DNA of 64,000 nt from Paragordius varius (lineage: Eukaryota > Animalia > Nematomorpha): the NCBI GenBank assembly GCA_964247055.1, contig OZ176058.1, positions 4,960,001 to 5,024,000 on the forward strand, written 5' to 3'. Positions 50,648 through 63,905 of this stretch are shown piece by piece (within the stretch, counting starts at the first letter, position 1; each line of letters opens with the position of its first letter). The position numbers were made by a program, and so were the translations under genes. The notes beneath the pieces are model-generated. The model was not told where the DNA came from. It saw nothing but the letters and a program-made list of their open reading frames with translations, and did not search any database.

Positions 50648-52098
50648 GTCAGCTATTAATATATTTATTAAAAAAATTGATAGGTTGTGTATTTTTTACA
50701 AATAATAGATCACTATATACTAAATGTTTACGAACGAAAATTATTCAGATACAGAAATTGAAATTGTACCAAATGGTAAAAATAAGACCATTTTTTTCAG
50801 TAAACAACTTTTTTTTTAAATTTATTTATCCTATAATCATTTAATTATCGTATATCTATAAGTGGATGTCTTACCAATTTACATACTTTTTGTACTTTGC
50901 GTTTTGAAAAAATCGCTTTAATCAAGATTTAAAAGTATGGTTGTCTTTTGGGGTAAAATATTTCTGTTTATATTTTTACGTTTTATCCGTATAATTTCAA
51001 TTTTTACTGTATATATAAACATTTACCGAAATTAGTTGATCAGATGTTGAAAAAAATATAATCTATTTTCCTAAAACTATTTGTGACAATTTTGAATATT
51101 ATACTAGTATTTGTTACCAATTTACAGCTCTAAATGCGAAACAGGTATTAATGTGCTTCGAAAAAATGGGTGGTGGTTGGATATAAATATATATTGTTCG
51201 CTAAAAAACCCTTAAATATTTAAATCTGATAGAAAAATGTAGAATAATTTAAGAGTGAAGGAAACTTATATTTAAACTTTTGTGGTAGGTGCTTCATATC
51301 GGAAAATGGTAAAATTTGCGCAATTTTTTGTAAAATAAATTATTTTGTGAAAGCTAATATGCTTCAATATTATTATAAAATTCAAAAATTTAGGTGTTTG
51401 CCCTTCTAAAATGGGCTAGTTTTCTTATAACAAACGCAAAAATGCCAAAAATTTTGAATATATGCTAAATTGACATAATAAAAAGTTTATTCCGTTAGCT
51501 TGCTAATTTAATTTATAACAGAGTTTTGTTGAAGCGTATTTCATAATTATTTTATAATGTTTTGAGGCATGGTTAAAACGGTAGAAACTCATTCAAACAT
51601 TATAAATAACTGTTTATATACATTTTAATGAGGGTGAATATTTCTATAAACTCAGAATTTTGATTAAAATCGTTCATCTTTATAATATAATGTTAAATGA
51701 GAATTCTTCTTAGCAAAAATTCTTCAAAAAGAAATTAAAAATTCGGAGGTAATAGAAATGTTTAACATCCTTTTATTTTATAGTGTTTTTATAATATTTT
51801 AATGTGTTTTAATACCGTTTCAATAATGCCTTGAAATAGTATAAAATACGCTTTAACTAAATTTTGCTATAAAGGAAAATTTGAAAAAAATTATTTTTTG
51901 AAAGAACTTTTTTTATGCTATATTTAGCATAACATTATAAATTTTATGCAATCTCGGCATATTTGAGTTTATTTTGAAAGAACAAGCCTATGTTCGGTAA
52001 ATTTTGAGACATTTCTCAAAATAAAAATTTTATAAAATATTGTTAACCAAAATATTATGGCTTATTTTAAATAATGAGTTTCCTGCTTAAATTGGTAG

Positions 52099-52248
52099 GT
52101 CAATGTGCGGTAACCCTGAATGGAACAGATATAAGGCCTGACAGCACAAGTCGTGTGGTGAGAGGCGACGTCGCTCTAATAATTACCGCGGGTGCAGATG
52201 TTTGTACGGCTACTTTAAATGTGTACACTTTCAATGGTTGTACCATGA
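52099..52248 (+). CDS. Secreted protein gene A, exon 2
   Basis: QCAVTLNGTDIRPDSTSRVVRGDVALIITAGADVCTATLNVYTFNGCTM. AG acceptor and consensus GTAAGT donor; homologous to 63906-64000 on the minus strand. Confidence 0.85.
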
Positions 52249-53324
52249 GTAAGTTTTACATTTTACATTTTTTATCGTTAATTTATATACTTTTTCACAC
52301 TAAATTAGCGTCGTTATATCATTATACATATAATGACTGCCCGATAGGATTTAAAGGAGAGTACGAAAGATGGGAATAGTTTAGGTACCTACCCTTTAAG
52401 CAAATATATAATTTACTTTTACTTAATAATAAATACATCATCGATATTTAACCCAGGCATTTTTATTTGTGAACACTTTTTTGCAAAAAATGTACAATTT
52501 ACAACAAATCAAATTCACCCTAAATATAAATTGTTTTCGGGCTAATATAACTATCATTAATAAGAAATATATTCTTATGGCATAGTTTATTATTTTTTTC
52601 AGTACTATATTAACAAACGTAATTTCATTTAAAATATGAAAAAGGATCGGTAATTTATAATCTAAAAAAACACATAATATATTTTACTGTGGATTTGAGT
52701 TGTTCAAGTGTGAATTTGAATTGGTCAAGGGTCAATTTGTATTGTTTAAGGGTGAAATAAAATACCGTAAATGGTATATAACTGTCAATAAATATATATT
52801 TTGCAATTTATAACAAAATACGAGCCGTTTTTACTTATGGCTCTTTTAAAATTGGTTGGTTAAATCCGTTATATTTTAAATAAATTAATATTTATTTTTT
52901 AAAGATCATTCATTATACGCATTATTGCCATTAATTTTAACTTGATTTATAAATGCGTGATTCCTTACTTCTTTTTGGTTGTCCGTTATATTTTAATATA
53001 CACCATTTACAGTTCAAATTCACCCTCAAATAAATAACATTTTTTTAAGATTAAAAATTGCCTATATTTTAATATATTTTTTTATATAAATAAAATTTTG
53101 TTTTAAATTAAAATAATACTGAAAAAAATAATTAATTATGCCATAAAGATATATTTTAAATTAATAATGAGTTATATTAGTTCGAAAACACATAATTTAT
53201 TTTTAGGGTGAATTTGAATTGTTCGAAGGTGAATTGGAATTGTTCAAGGGTGAATTTGAATTGTTCGAGGGTGAATTTGAATTGTTCAAGGGTGAATTTG
53301 AAACTGTAAATGGTATATATTTAG

Positions 53325-53503
53325 GTGCGACATTTGCCGGGAGGACATTGACTGTTACGAATGGAGTTGTAACACAAGACCCTGCAGGTCTAACACCTTT
53401 GATTACGGTCACTGCAGGAGAGACTTTTGGTAAGAATCCAGGAAGTCGAATTGTTAAGTACGTCATGCGTAATATTCCCCCCGGAGAGACGTTCCCTCTA
53501 ACG
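53325..53503 (+). CDS. Secreted protein gene A, exon 3
   Basis: (S)ATFAGRTLTVTNGVVTQDPAGLTPLITVTAGETFGKNPGSRIVKYVMRNIPPGETFPLT. Splice phases match the paralogous exon at 63101-63282. Confidence 0.85.
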
Positions 53504-53744
53504 GTATAATACGTATTAAGTTTCTTCTGACTTAAGTTATAAAGAAAGGCAAAATATAGGGGATATTTCTGCTTATTAGACCAAGGTGTAATATATAGCA
53601 TAGCTAATAGGACGCCAGACTCTTATATTATGTTGAGTACAGAATAACCCCAAAACCACTTCAATTTTTGTGTCATTGTTAACGCTGGGCGACATTTAAA
53701 AAATTCAAAAGTGCTCACCCTTTAGAAAATAAACTCTAAAATTA

Positions 53745-54017
53745 CAGTAAAAATTGAAATTATACGGACAAAACTTAAAGGACAAAAAATTTTTTCTACA
53801 AGACAACCATAGTTTTTCCAACCTAAATTAATCCTAGTGAAATATTTTGTTCTCAGCCTAAAATATATAATTATATATGTTACCAATATACATCTCTAAA
53901 TGATACCCTGGAAATAATGATTATATATTAATTAATCAAAATTCGAAAAATATGGTTGCCTTTAAAAAAATAGTCTTTATATTTTTAGATTTTGTTCGTA
54001 TATCTTAATATTTACTG
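53745..54017. mobile_element. MITE family M1
   Basis: ta|cagtaaaaattgaaattatacggac ... tatttactg|ta. Confidence 0.75.
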
Positions 54018-54999
54018 TAATATATAATTAGGTATGTTACCATAATACTGTCAATTCCTAATTTCACGAGTAGAATATTATAAAACTATCAACGTTTATC
54101 CATCTTTATAATTTAATATATAAAAGGTAAAATACGAATATTTTTATATGAAACCATAAAATATTTTGTTTTGAATCGAAGATTAATAACAAGTGTAGTC
54201 TGTTATACCGGTTAAATTATGAAGAGGCGACAGCGTAAATTAGGCAGAACTATACAATCCCATTTCATTCTTCTGACATTAAACAACAAACAAGCACAAG
54301 TTGAGTTTGCCAAAACGTTTTATATTTATCATTAACCACTCAGATCTAATTTTATGCCTGAAAAGGATAATTTGGGGCACACTTCAACAGTAGAAAAAGG
54401 TTATTAAAAGTTATCGTATGGTTAACATGATCTATTGATTAACGCAAGTGAAATATGGTTTCGATGTATTAAAAGTCGTAAATTCCTCGAAAGAATGTGT
54501 GCGCTTAACCATACAACTGCGAGGACACTAAAGTGCAAGAGTTATTGGACGATGACCAAATCACAATGTATTTCATAATCAATAGATGTCTACAAACAAT
54601 GGGAAGTCTAACAAACTTGTTATATGAATCCCACACATGTAAATTAAATCGATTATCGTGAACGTCACGCAAAAAAATCAGTTTTGTCGCAAATTGGTGT
54701 GTTTGATGAGTGATTGCTTAATTTTGTAAATCCAAAGCAAAAAATCGCGGAGACTGCCTTGCCAAGCCGTTCGTTGTCTAATCGCTGTGAGACCAGATAT
54801 GTGTTCTGTGTCTAGCGGGACAGGAACTTAATGTGTATTATAGGCTTCATAACCTAGTGAAACAGTTAATACACATTTATATCGCCATTAAATAATTAAT
54901 TCCTACTGTTTATTCAGGGAAAAAGGCATGAATTGGCTAAAAAACATGGCAAAGTAATTTTACTCTTGAACTCCTGACATCAGAAAGAAAATAGGATTG

Positions 55000-55460
55000 G
55001 ATAGAGAAGCGATGACCAAATTAATAAAGATTTGGAAAAGCAAAAACTTAGCAGTTGAAACTAAAAAGATTATTCTACGGTTTTGTTCTGGTTGTGAGAA
55101 CTCTCAGAAAAAGAGACAATGAAAGACTTATGGCTTTTGAAAGGAGTTGCTGGAGTATGCTGGAATATACCTGGAAGGATAAAAATGGAAATCTAACTAC
55201 AGAAATACATCCTGAAACAAACATCCTGGAGATAATTCTAAAAGAACGTTAACATATTTTGGTCATGTAATGCGATCGAATTCTTTAGAAAAAGACACGT
55301 TATTTAGGCAGGTAGAAGGAAAAAGGAAACGAGGCCGACCACAGAAGAGGTGGTTGGATATGATAAAAGAGGAAACTAAAATAACATTGAACGATCTCAA
55401 TATAGCGGTAAAAGATAAAAGGAAGTGGAAAGCAATTATAAACTATATCCAAAAATAGTT
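55000..55460 (+). pseudogene. Decayed 3' fragment of an RTE-type LINE in intron 3 of gene A
   Basis: RLMAFERSCW..MLEYTWKDK and YFGHVMRSNSLEKDTLFRQVEGKRKRGRPQKRWLDMIKE are typical of RTE C-termini; stops present. Confidence 0.8.
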
Positions 55461-56026
55461 TACAAGAAATAACCAACCAACCATATTATAAATATAAAAA
55501 CTAAGAAAACTTTAATTAAAAAAATGATTATACAGATAGGAAAAACTCAATCTACTATCAAATTCACCCCAAACAATTCATGCCCCTTGAACAATTCAAA
55601 TTCACCCTTAAAATATTTTCTAGCTCATCATTAATATCAAATATATGTTTATGGCATAGTTTATTATTTTTTCGATGTTAGTATTATTTTTAACAACAAT
55701 TTTTAAAAATATTGAAAAAAAGTAATATTTAATTATAAAAAACACATAATATATTTTAGGGTGATTGAATTGTTAGAGGTGTGGAATGGTCCAATGGTAA
55801 ATTTGGAGTGTAAATAGTATGCATTTTTTAAAGTCACCTTATAAACCCAAACCTTTTAATTATGACTGATTTACTATCGTAAGGCATAGTAATCGATACA
55901 AAGATATTAAAAAGTTAGAGATTTTAAATATTTGTGCAGTTTTTGAATTTTGACTGTAAATTTTCCTTTTTTACTGTTTTATAAGAATTAACTCTAAATT
56001 AAATAATTTATATTATTTCAATTTAG

Positions 56027-56074
56027 CTAACAAAATGTGACGGGAGGCAATCTGTGGTTATTTATGTTCCTTAA
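56027..56074 (+). CDS. Secreted protein gene A, exon 4 (terminal)
   Basis: caatttag|LTKCDGRQSVVIYVP*. The 48-nt exon is the same length as the paralogue at 62056-62103. Confidence 0.82.
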   Translation, partial: LTKCDGRQSVVIYVP

Positions 56075-56889
56075 GAGGAAGACATCGCAAACCTTTTAAC
56101 CTATAACGCTTTTTAGATAGCAAAAGACTATAATTTTGCAGACTTGAACAGTTTTAATAAATTATACATTATTCATTTATTTTATCTTATGAGATCGCGG
56201 GACTTGTAAATAGTCAAAATGATGAGATTTACAGAATCATTAATTACATATTCACTGCATTTTAAATCGTGGGGCATAAAAAAGATCTTGATGTATTAGG
56301 ATTTAAATAAATGTAATGATTTTCATGGTGATTTTGGATTTTGGTCTTACAAGTACAAGAAAATTACTTCCAATTTTAATTGGTCCATATGGAAAAGTCG
56401 CAAAATCCCCGCACGTTATGTTTGAGAAAATTTTTTTTGAATACAATACTTTTTTTTAAAAATATGACTAAAGTGTACAATAAACTGTATTTAATATGCA
56501 AAAAAAATTATTATAAAATTTTAATATTAAGATGTGGGCTCCAAAACTATTCTTGCCCTTTTAAAATGGGTTTTCTTAAAAAAACGCAAAAATTTTATAA
56601 ATAACATAAAAATATTTAATTCAATTTTTATTAAAATTTTGTTAGAGCTTACTTCATGCTATTTTAAGGCATGATGAAAACAAGATTAATATGCTTTAAG
56701 ATATATAAATCACTTTTTCTATATAATTCAGTAATGCTTTCTAAGCCTCAGAATTACAATAAAATATCTTTCGTACCAATTCTATGATAAATAATTTTCG
56801 TTCCATGAATTTATTCAAAAAAAAAACATTACAATTAGAAGTAGAATGTTTAAATTATATCTTGGCGTTTTTTTTACGATTCCATATTA

Positions 56890-57178
56890 CAGTAAAATCT
56901 GAATTTATAAGGACAAAACATATAAATCTAAAGACAAATGTTTTTTTCTAAAAGACAACCATACCAGACTTTTTGAACTCTTATTTTTAAATATAACTTA
57001 TTGTTTCAAGCGATGTATGATATGGAGGTGTTTATTGGTAACACAATCTATTATATAATTTGCAAAAACATTCAGATATATAGAAAGGATTCAAGATTTA
57101 AAAGCATGGTTGTCTTTTAGCAAAAAATATTTGCCTTTATATTTTTACGTTTTGTCCGTATAATTTTAATTTTTACCG
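56890..57178. mobile_element. MITE family M1
   Basis: ta|cagtaaaatctgaattta ... taatttttaccg|ta. Confidence 0.8.
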
Positions 57179-57487
57179 TAATACACAATAACATGAAGTA
57201 CTATTCTGTTATATTAAGTGGTAATTTACATGCTTATATGAATGAACATCTATTAACCTCGCAACCTACATTTATATTTATATTATATTAACCCCACAAC
57301 CAACGTTTGTAATATTTCTATATTAAACTCGCAACCACTTGAATACATTTATACCTCATGAAGTTACATAAATATATATTATTTTGTAATACAAGGAACA
57401 AACGTATTTTAGATACACAACAAATATTTTTTGCTTTATGTCCCCTCACATGTGATCCCATTCAACATTGATAGCCAAGAGGCAATA

Positions 57488-60400
57488 ATGGACGAACCAA
57501 TGAACATAGCAGCCCCTAGCGCTAGCATTGCCAATCTATTCATAGAACAATACAAAGATCATTATAAATGAAGATTACCTTGAGTATATTAACAACGTAA
57601 TTGTGGCAAAGGTCAATCCGGTGACCGAAAAAAACCCTTAAATAAACTATACTAGCATAAGGCGGATTCATGATTAGATTAACCAACACTTGTACCCTAA
57701 GAAAATAAAAGACGCCACATGGGTTGAAATTACGGAAATCGAAATTTTTAAGCCGGTTTTATTTTAGGTTGGTGCGCAACAATGGTGAAAGTTTCACCAA
57801 TTTCTTGAGCGTGTCAAGATAGGCCCCTAAGAAGCCCAGTTAATTGAAGCGACAGAACAGCGCATACATAATGCGTTTGTAATAGGACTGCGACAATCCC
57901 AACTTGAGATGGATATCCATTTCAGGTACCCAGATGCTCTGATAATCGGTATTCCTATCCCATTAGAAATAATCGTAGATCTCGCACTGGCACGTGAAGC
58001 TGCTGGGGCTGGACTACAGAATTACAATGATAGTCACAATAATAATTAATAGCAATCGACAAAATAGTACAATAATGATATCAATCGTTTACAACATAAT
58101 AACCACAATAATAAGAAACCAATGATAAAAACGTCGACAGCATGCGGGCATTGTGATACCATGCACGCGCCCAACAAATATCCACCGTGGAAACGAACGT
58201 GCAACAAATGTGGCAAATTGGAGACCATTTCGCAAGAATGTGCCTAGCCAACAGACAATGACCTAATTTCTATATACAACTGTGTTGGGATATCAATGTA
58301 TGTCCAAAGGCTTAAACACCGTTGGTTATTGCATTAATAATTAATGGCTTGAAGAGAGATTTTATCTCGACACCGGGTCAGATGTCAGGGTGATGAATTT
58401 TGCAACTTGGCAACAAATAAGCCAAAACTGCGCCCGACGCCCCCGGTCAAATTTTTCAATAACACCACACCAATGATGGGCAACGTAAACTCTGAGACAA
58501 ACGGCAAACGAATGATATGGGACATATGTGTCTAAGCAAAACGATGGGGATGGCTCCGCTAATCTGTGGACTGGATGGATGGCGAAATTCCAGATTGAGA
58601 TGCCACAGGTTAAAGTTAATTATATTAAATTGAATGAGATTTGTGAAAATCTTAAAAATTTATTCGAAAATAAGTTAGGGTGTTATAAGGACCCTGTAAA
58701 AATTCGCTTTGCAGCGAATGCTATCCTGAATGGCCATGTCGCAGGGTGCCTTTTCCATTAAGAGAAGGTGGAGAAGCTGACGAGGCTAAAATAGTTAGGC
58801 ATTTTAGAACCGGTTGCTAACACCACACCTGTGACATGGGCCACGCCTACGGTTAATGTACTTAAACCGAATGGCGAATTAAGAATATGTAGTGATTTTC
58901 GGGTAACGATTAATAAGTGGTTGCAAGAAGACTCCCACATAATTCCCACGTTTGATGAGTTGGTGTCGAAAATAGGTGAAGGTATCACATTCACGAAAAT
59001 TGATTTAAAAGATGCTTACCTCCTGATGCCAGTGGCAGAGGAGTGTCAAGAATTGTTAACTATCTCAACACATAAGGGTTTTTTTAGATACAAACGCATG
59101 CCGTTTGGACTGGCCACGGCACCTATCATCTTCCAAAGAGTGATGGAACAAGTGCTGGCTGAAAGTCCGGGAACTTGCGTATATTTAGATGACGTCTTAG
59201 TGACTGGTAGGACGGAAATGACCACATTAACAATTTAAATAAGGTATTAAGTCGTCTCGATAAGGCCGGACTTAAATTAAGACAAGAGAAAATAATGATG
59301 ATCGCAGGATCAGTAAAGTATTTAGGGTTTGAAATATCCCTAAGGGGTATTAGCCCATGTAAAAGCAAAATCAAAGCAATTAAGGAATCAAAAAGGCCTG
59401 TGGATAAAAAGTCGTTATGTAGTTTTTTAGGTGAGGTTTCATAAACGTTTTATACAAAATTACAGTTAGTCGGTTCTTACTCGAATTTAACTAGTAAAAA
59501 TACGAGATGTTTGATTGAAACATGTATGGGTAGCAACTAAGAATTTGTTAAGCGAAAAAGTATTTTATAATCCCAATAGGAAATTGATAATAGAAACTGG
59601 TGTATCAGATTTAGGATTTGGGTGCATTTCAAGTCATGAGGTTAATAGTGAAAGGGTACCGATCGCATATGCCTCACAAAAATGTAGCACCGTCGAACGG
59701 AATTATTCCACTATCGACAAAGAATTGAAAGCAATATTGTTTGCGCTAAAAAAGTTTCCTAGTTTTGTATATGGTAGATTTGTGATATTAACTGATCATT
59801 TACCTTGAGTAAAGTTAATTAATAGAGATCTAAACTTAAAAGAAACACATAATGCTTAAGTGCTAGATGAATTAATAAAATAAATGAATACGATTTTGAA
59901 ATAACCAGAGAAGTCTGTAAACAATAAAGACGAGTTGGCATATCAATATGGCTTGTTAAGTTTAAATGATTGGATTATAATTCTGAAGCCCCTCTAATAG
60001 GTGGTGAGATGCCTGCACAGCGGTCATATCAACGTAGAGATCATGAAAGCGATGGCCAGATTTACTTGTTATTGGCCAGAATTAGAAACTGGTAGTCACT
60101 CAGTGCGAATCGTGGCAGCAAAATAAGCCGAATGTAACTCATCTTGGATCCGCTGTGTGGGATTTGTACATAGATATAGCCGCACCGGTAGACGGTTATT
60201 ATTAGTTGTTAATAATCAATAGCGCCTCTAAATGGGCAGAAGGATTTATTTTGAAAAAGGAACCGCGAATATAATCCACATAGAAAATGGTTTTGCAAAA
60301 GAGATACTTAGCGAAAACGCATATTTAAATGATAAGTACTCTACGTCAACCTTAAGTAATGGGGTGAATCTTAAACCCCTACCATCCTAAAGGTAGAAAG

Positions 60401-61030
60401 GTTAGTAGGAACGATAAAAAATAAATGCAAGAGGATAAATTAGTGCGATATCCACCCACGAAGCTTTCACTGGCCTATGGGCGTATAAAAACTGCTCGAC
60501 AACCAAAGAAACCCAGCCTCAAATAATGTTTAAACCAACACCCCATACCTTCTTAACCTGATTAAATAGTAGAGCGAGATTATTAGATGCGTCGGCCCTC
60601 CATCATCAGTTTGCGATTAATGACCCAGTAATGATAAAAATGAACTAATTCTAGGTTGGTGCGCCGGAGAGATCACCGACCGTACCCTATTATTGTCATA
60701 CAAGGTGTGGGACAAAGACCGGGAGAAACTCGTGAGAAAACACCCCGATCAAATCATACACCAGCCACAACAGAAATCAACCACATCAAGAAACACAAGT
60801 GATGAGGACAATACCACTGTAAGGAATGATGTTAAACAGCCAAATCTCAACCAAACAGCCTGATCGCACCCAATGATGAAACCAAATCGATTACCCAGAC
60901 AAACACAAGACAAAACAATAATATTACCCAGGAACCTACGACGACCAGCTCTGCCACAAAAATAAAAGAGAGATAGTACCTACTGAGAAACCGTCAAAAA
61001 CTGGTTCGCTTTCGTTAGAAGAGGGAAGTG
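57488..61030 (+). pseudogene. Decayed Ty3/Gypsy gag-pol, related to the intact element at 10-14 kb
   Basis: Starts ATGGACGAA like the intact element. Knuckle remnant CGHCDTMH..CNKCGK..HFARMC; RT TWATPTVNVLKPNGELRICSDFR..YLDD; RNase H remnant; purine tract agaagagggaag near 61017. Many stops and frameshifts. Confidence 0.9.
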
Positions 61031-62055
61031 AGTGATGTAATTGGAACTTACATTTATTACCATCTCGTTTCGAAAAACACTACAATAAATATATCCTTTA
61101 CGTGTAGCCCCACCTTATATAAGGGTATGCTTATGTTTTAAAACAAATATATTTGTATTTAGTTTATCTGATAAATTTTATTTTTACTGTATTTACACAA
61201 CTATAATTTCTAAAATAATTAATACCAAGTTAATTCTGGATAAAATGTTCAGCAATCGAGTATAGAAATAATGTTTTTAATATTTTAAAGCATTTTTATC
61301 CCGTTTGCATCATGCCTTAAAAGTATGCTTTAACAAAATTTTGATAAAAATTAAATTTTGAACGTTTTATTTTATGCCATAATCTACAGCATTTTTTTTC
61401 TCTTTTTTAAAAAAACCATTATAAAAGGGCTTGGAAATTTAGGAGCCTACATATAAATTTTGAAACTTTTAAATTTATTTGCATTATATATTAAACAACA
61501 TTTTGTTCTCTAACATAGGGGCTGATTTTTTAACCCTTTAATATTAAACAATTGGAAATAACTTTCTTTCACACGTAAGGCGCATATCCAAATGATAATT
61601 AATACATTTATTTGAATAAATTAGGATGCTTTTATACCCCAAAATTTTGGTAGCAGTCTATATGTTAATGATAATTCTGTGAAAATTTACTATTATTATG
61701 ATTAATTTTCAAATCCACAATCTCAAAGGGGGCCATGATTGAAGGGGCGTCGGATTTTAAATAATTTTAATTTTAGCGCTGGAATTAAAAAATAGGTACG
61801 CCTTTTTAAAAGTTGATATTTTAAATAATAAATAACCACTTATTTTATATTTTGATTATTTTTTTTGAATGAAATTCAAGGAGGGGTCTCATGAAGGGGG
61901 TAAGAAATGCAAGCTATGCCTCCGTTAAAAGATATATATATAGATAAATAGAATAATGTATAATTTATTTATTAAAACAAACGAACGCTTCAATTAAACA
62001 CCAGTATTTAGTATTTTGTTTGGTATTCAAAAAGCGTTATTATGGGTTCTTCCTC

Positions 62056-62103
62056 TTAAGCTACATAAGTAACAACAGATTGCCTCCCTTCACAATTCGA
62101 TAG
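62056..62103 (-). CDS. Secreted protein gene B, terminal exon
   Basis: ttatcttag|LSNCEGRQSVVTYVA*. Confidence 0.82.
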   Translation of the reverse strand, partial: LSNCEGRQSVVTYVA

Positions 62104-62121
62104 CTAAGATAAAAATAAATA

Positions 62122-62395
62122 CAGTAAAAACTGCTGCTGGAATTAAAAAGCATAAATATCACTGGACAAATATTTTTTTCTAATTAATTTTTCCCCCATA
62201 TAAATTAATAATTACAATTATAAAATATAAAATTGCTTGTCTGTCACCAATAAACATATCAAGTTTATACGTTACAATTTAATACAATGAGTTGTATATT
62301 TAAAAATAAAGTTTAAAAAATATGAATGTTGTATTTTTAGAAAAAAATATTTGTCTTTATATTTTTAGTTGTGCGTATAATTTCAATTTTTACTG
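62122..62395. mobile_element. MITE family M1 in the last intron of gene B
   Basis: ta|cagtaaaaactg ... tttcaatttttactg|ta, ending about 18 nt from the splice acceptor. Confidence 0.75.
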
Positions 62396-63100
62396 TAATA
62401 TTAAATCATTGGATACAGTGGCAAAATACGTAACAAAAACTAAAACACAAATATTTTTTGAAAAAAGACACCCATACTTTTTTTAACCTTTTAATCAATA
62501 ATAATTCCTTACAATACGAAATCATAAGTTTTATTTAACGTGTCTTAGAAAAATATATGCCATTTTGTTTTTACCTTTATTTTAACTAAACAAAGTTTTT
62601 TTAGTTTTAAACTAATTTATAAACAGGTAAACAAAAATTATGCAATTGTACCATTAACCAAAGTTTTGCTTTATTCTATAAATGATAAATTGTAAAGACA
62701 AAATGTAAAATAATAAGGTTGTTACGATATTCCAACTATAACGCATACAATGTGATAAATGATATAAAATTCATAGCTCTTTTTAATCTAAGCCGTATAA
62801 AATTAGAATTTTAGTAAATAGAGTTTCATAGAATATTTTATGTGTTTTGATATTATAAAGGATCACCACGATTTTTTAATTTGAGTTTTAGTAAAAAGTT
62901 AACTGTATGTTTTTAGGCTATAAAAGACCTTAACAAGTTTTATCATAATTTTTTAATTATCCACACTTCTCTTTACCATTCAATTTTCTCTTGCGGCTAA
63001 GCTGTCTGAACAGAAAAATCCTTTTTTGTGTTCAGATAAATTAAATGCCTTCTTTTTGCACCCATACAATACAATTGTTTGAATGTTCAAATTTTTTTAC

Positions 63101-63282
63101 CGCTAGAGTGGCCATCGTATTCATGGCGAGCCCAGCTATGGCGTAGTTAACAATTCGACTTCCTTCATTCTGGCCTCTAGTTTCTCCTGGGGTGACTGTT
63201 ACCATGGGGACAGGCATCATCGGATTTCCTTGTGTTACAACGCCATTTACAACAGTCAAGGTCAGCATCATGTTGGTTACAG
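63101..63282 (-). CDS. Secreted protein gene B, exon 3
   Basis: (T)VTNMMLTLTVVNGVVTQGNPMMPVPMVTVTPGETRGQNEGSRIVNYAIAGLAMNTMATLA. About 27 of 61 residues identical to gene A exon 3 by hand alignment; AG/GT ends in the same phases. Confidence 0.85.
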
Positions 63283-63905
63283 CTAAATAAAATGTAGCCT
63301 TAAGTATATGTATTTAAAACACAGGTGTCAACATGCGGTTTTCCACAATATTTCTGCATTCTTTGATGAAATTAGTTAGATAGAGATATACAGTAAAAAT
63401 TGAAATTATACTATGGACAAAACGTGTAAAAATGTTAAACAAATTTTTTTATAAAGACAATCATACTTTTGAACCTTAATGGTTCTTTAAAAAACCGTTT
63501 ATTTGTGAAAATGTGTTCACTTTTTCATCGCCCTTTTTCTTTTGGTATTTACATATGGCTAAAACAGGAAAAATGTATATTGTGGTTGAATATAGAAGCC
63601 GAAAAAATCATAGGCTTGAATTTTCCACTCTAAAAGTTAAATATGACCTTTGATGAAAACAATGATTAATTTTAACCAAAAACAAACTTCCAAATAGTGT
63701 ATATACAAGTTTAACTGTGCGAAACACCACGACCCTAAAAGGTATTGTGTTGTTCACACAACCATAAAAATTTAATGAAATGTTAAATATCAATTAAGTA
63801 ATATGTGTTGCATATAAAATTTTTGTTCGTTCCATTTATACAAGTTGGAATTAATGAAACGCTACTTTATAAAATATTATCATAAATAAAAATGCAAAAA
63901 GTTAC

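Larger units (their letters stand above)
56150..61730. repeat. Degenerate inverted arms (~56150-56800 and ~61200-61730) enclosing a MITE and a decayed Gypsy
   Basis: For example, ttttaaggcatgatgaaaacaagattaatatgctttaag versus the reverse complement of ttaaagcatttttatcccgtttgcatcatgccttaaaa. Related sequence forms a weaker foldback at ~51380-52000. Confidence 0.65.

Noticed and set aside
53203-53601. ORFs with SNNSNSP / FKGEFEL repeats (also 31590-31772)
   Set aside because: They are translations of the 21-bp MITE minisatellite. Only 53325-53503 is supported as an exon by the paralogue.
54500-54840. Possible Penelope GIY-YIG endonuclease remnant on the minus strand
   Set aside because: Only a vague resemblance (CP...THI) with stops; not supportable without a profile search.
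57207-61150. LTR pair for the decayed Gypsy
   Set aside because: A TGTT...AACA segment (57207-57467) precedes a PBS-like sequence and an LTR-like segment follows the purine tract, but I could not align the two convincingly.
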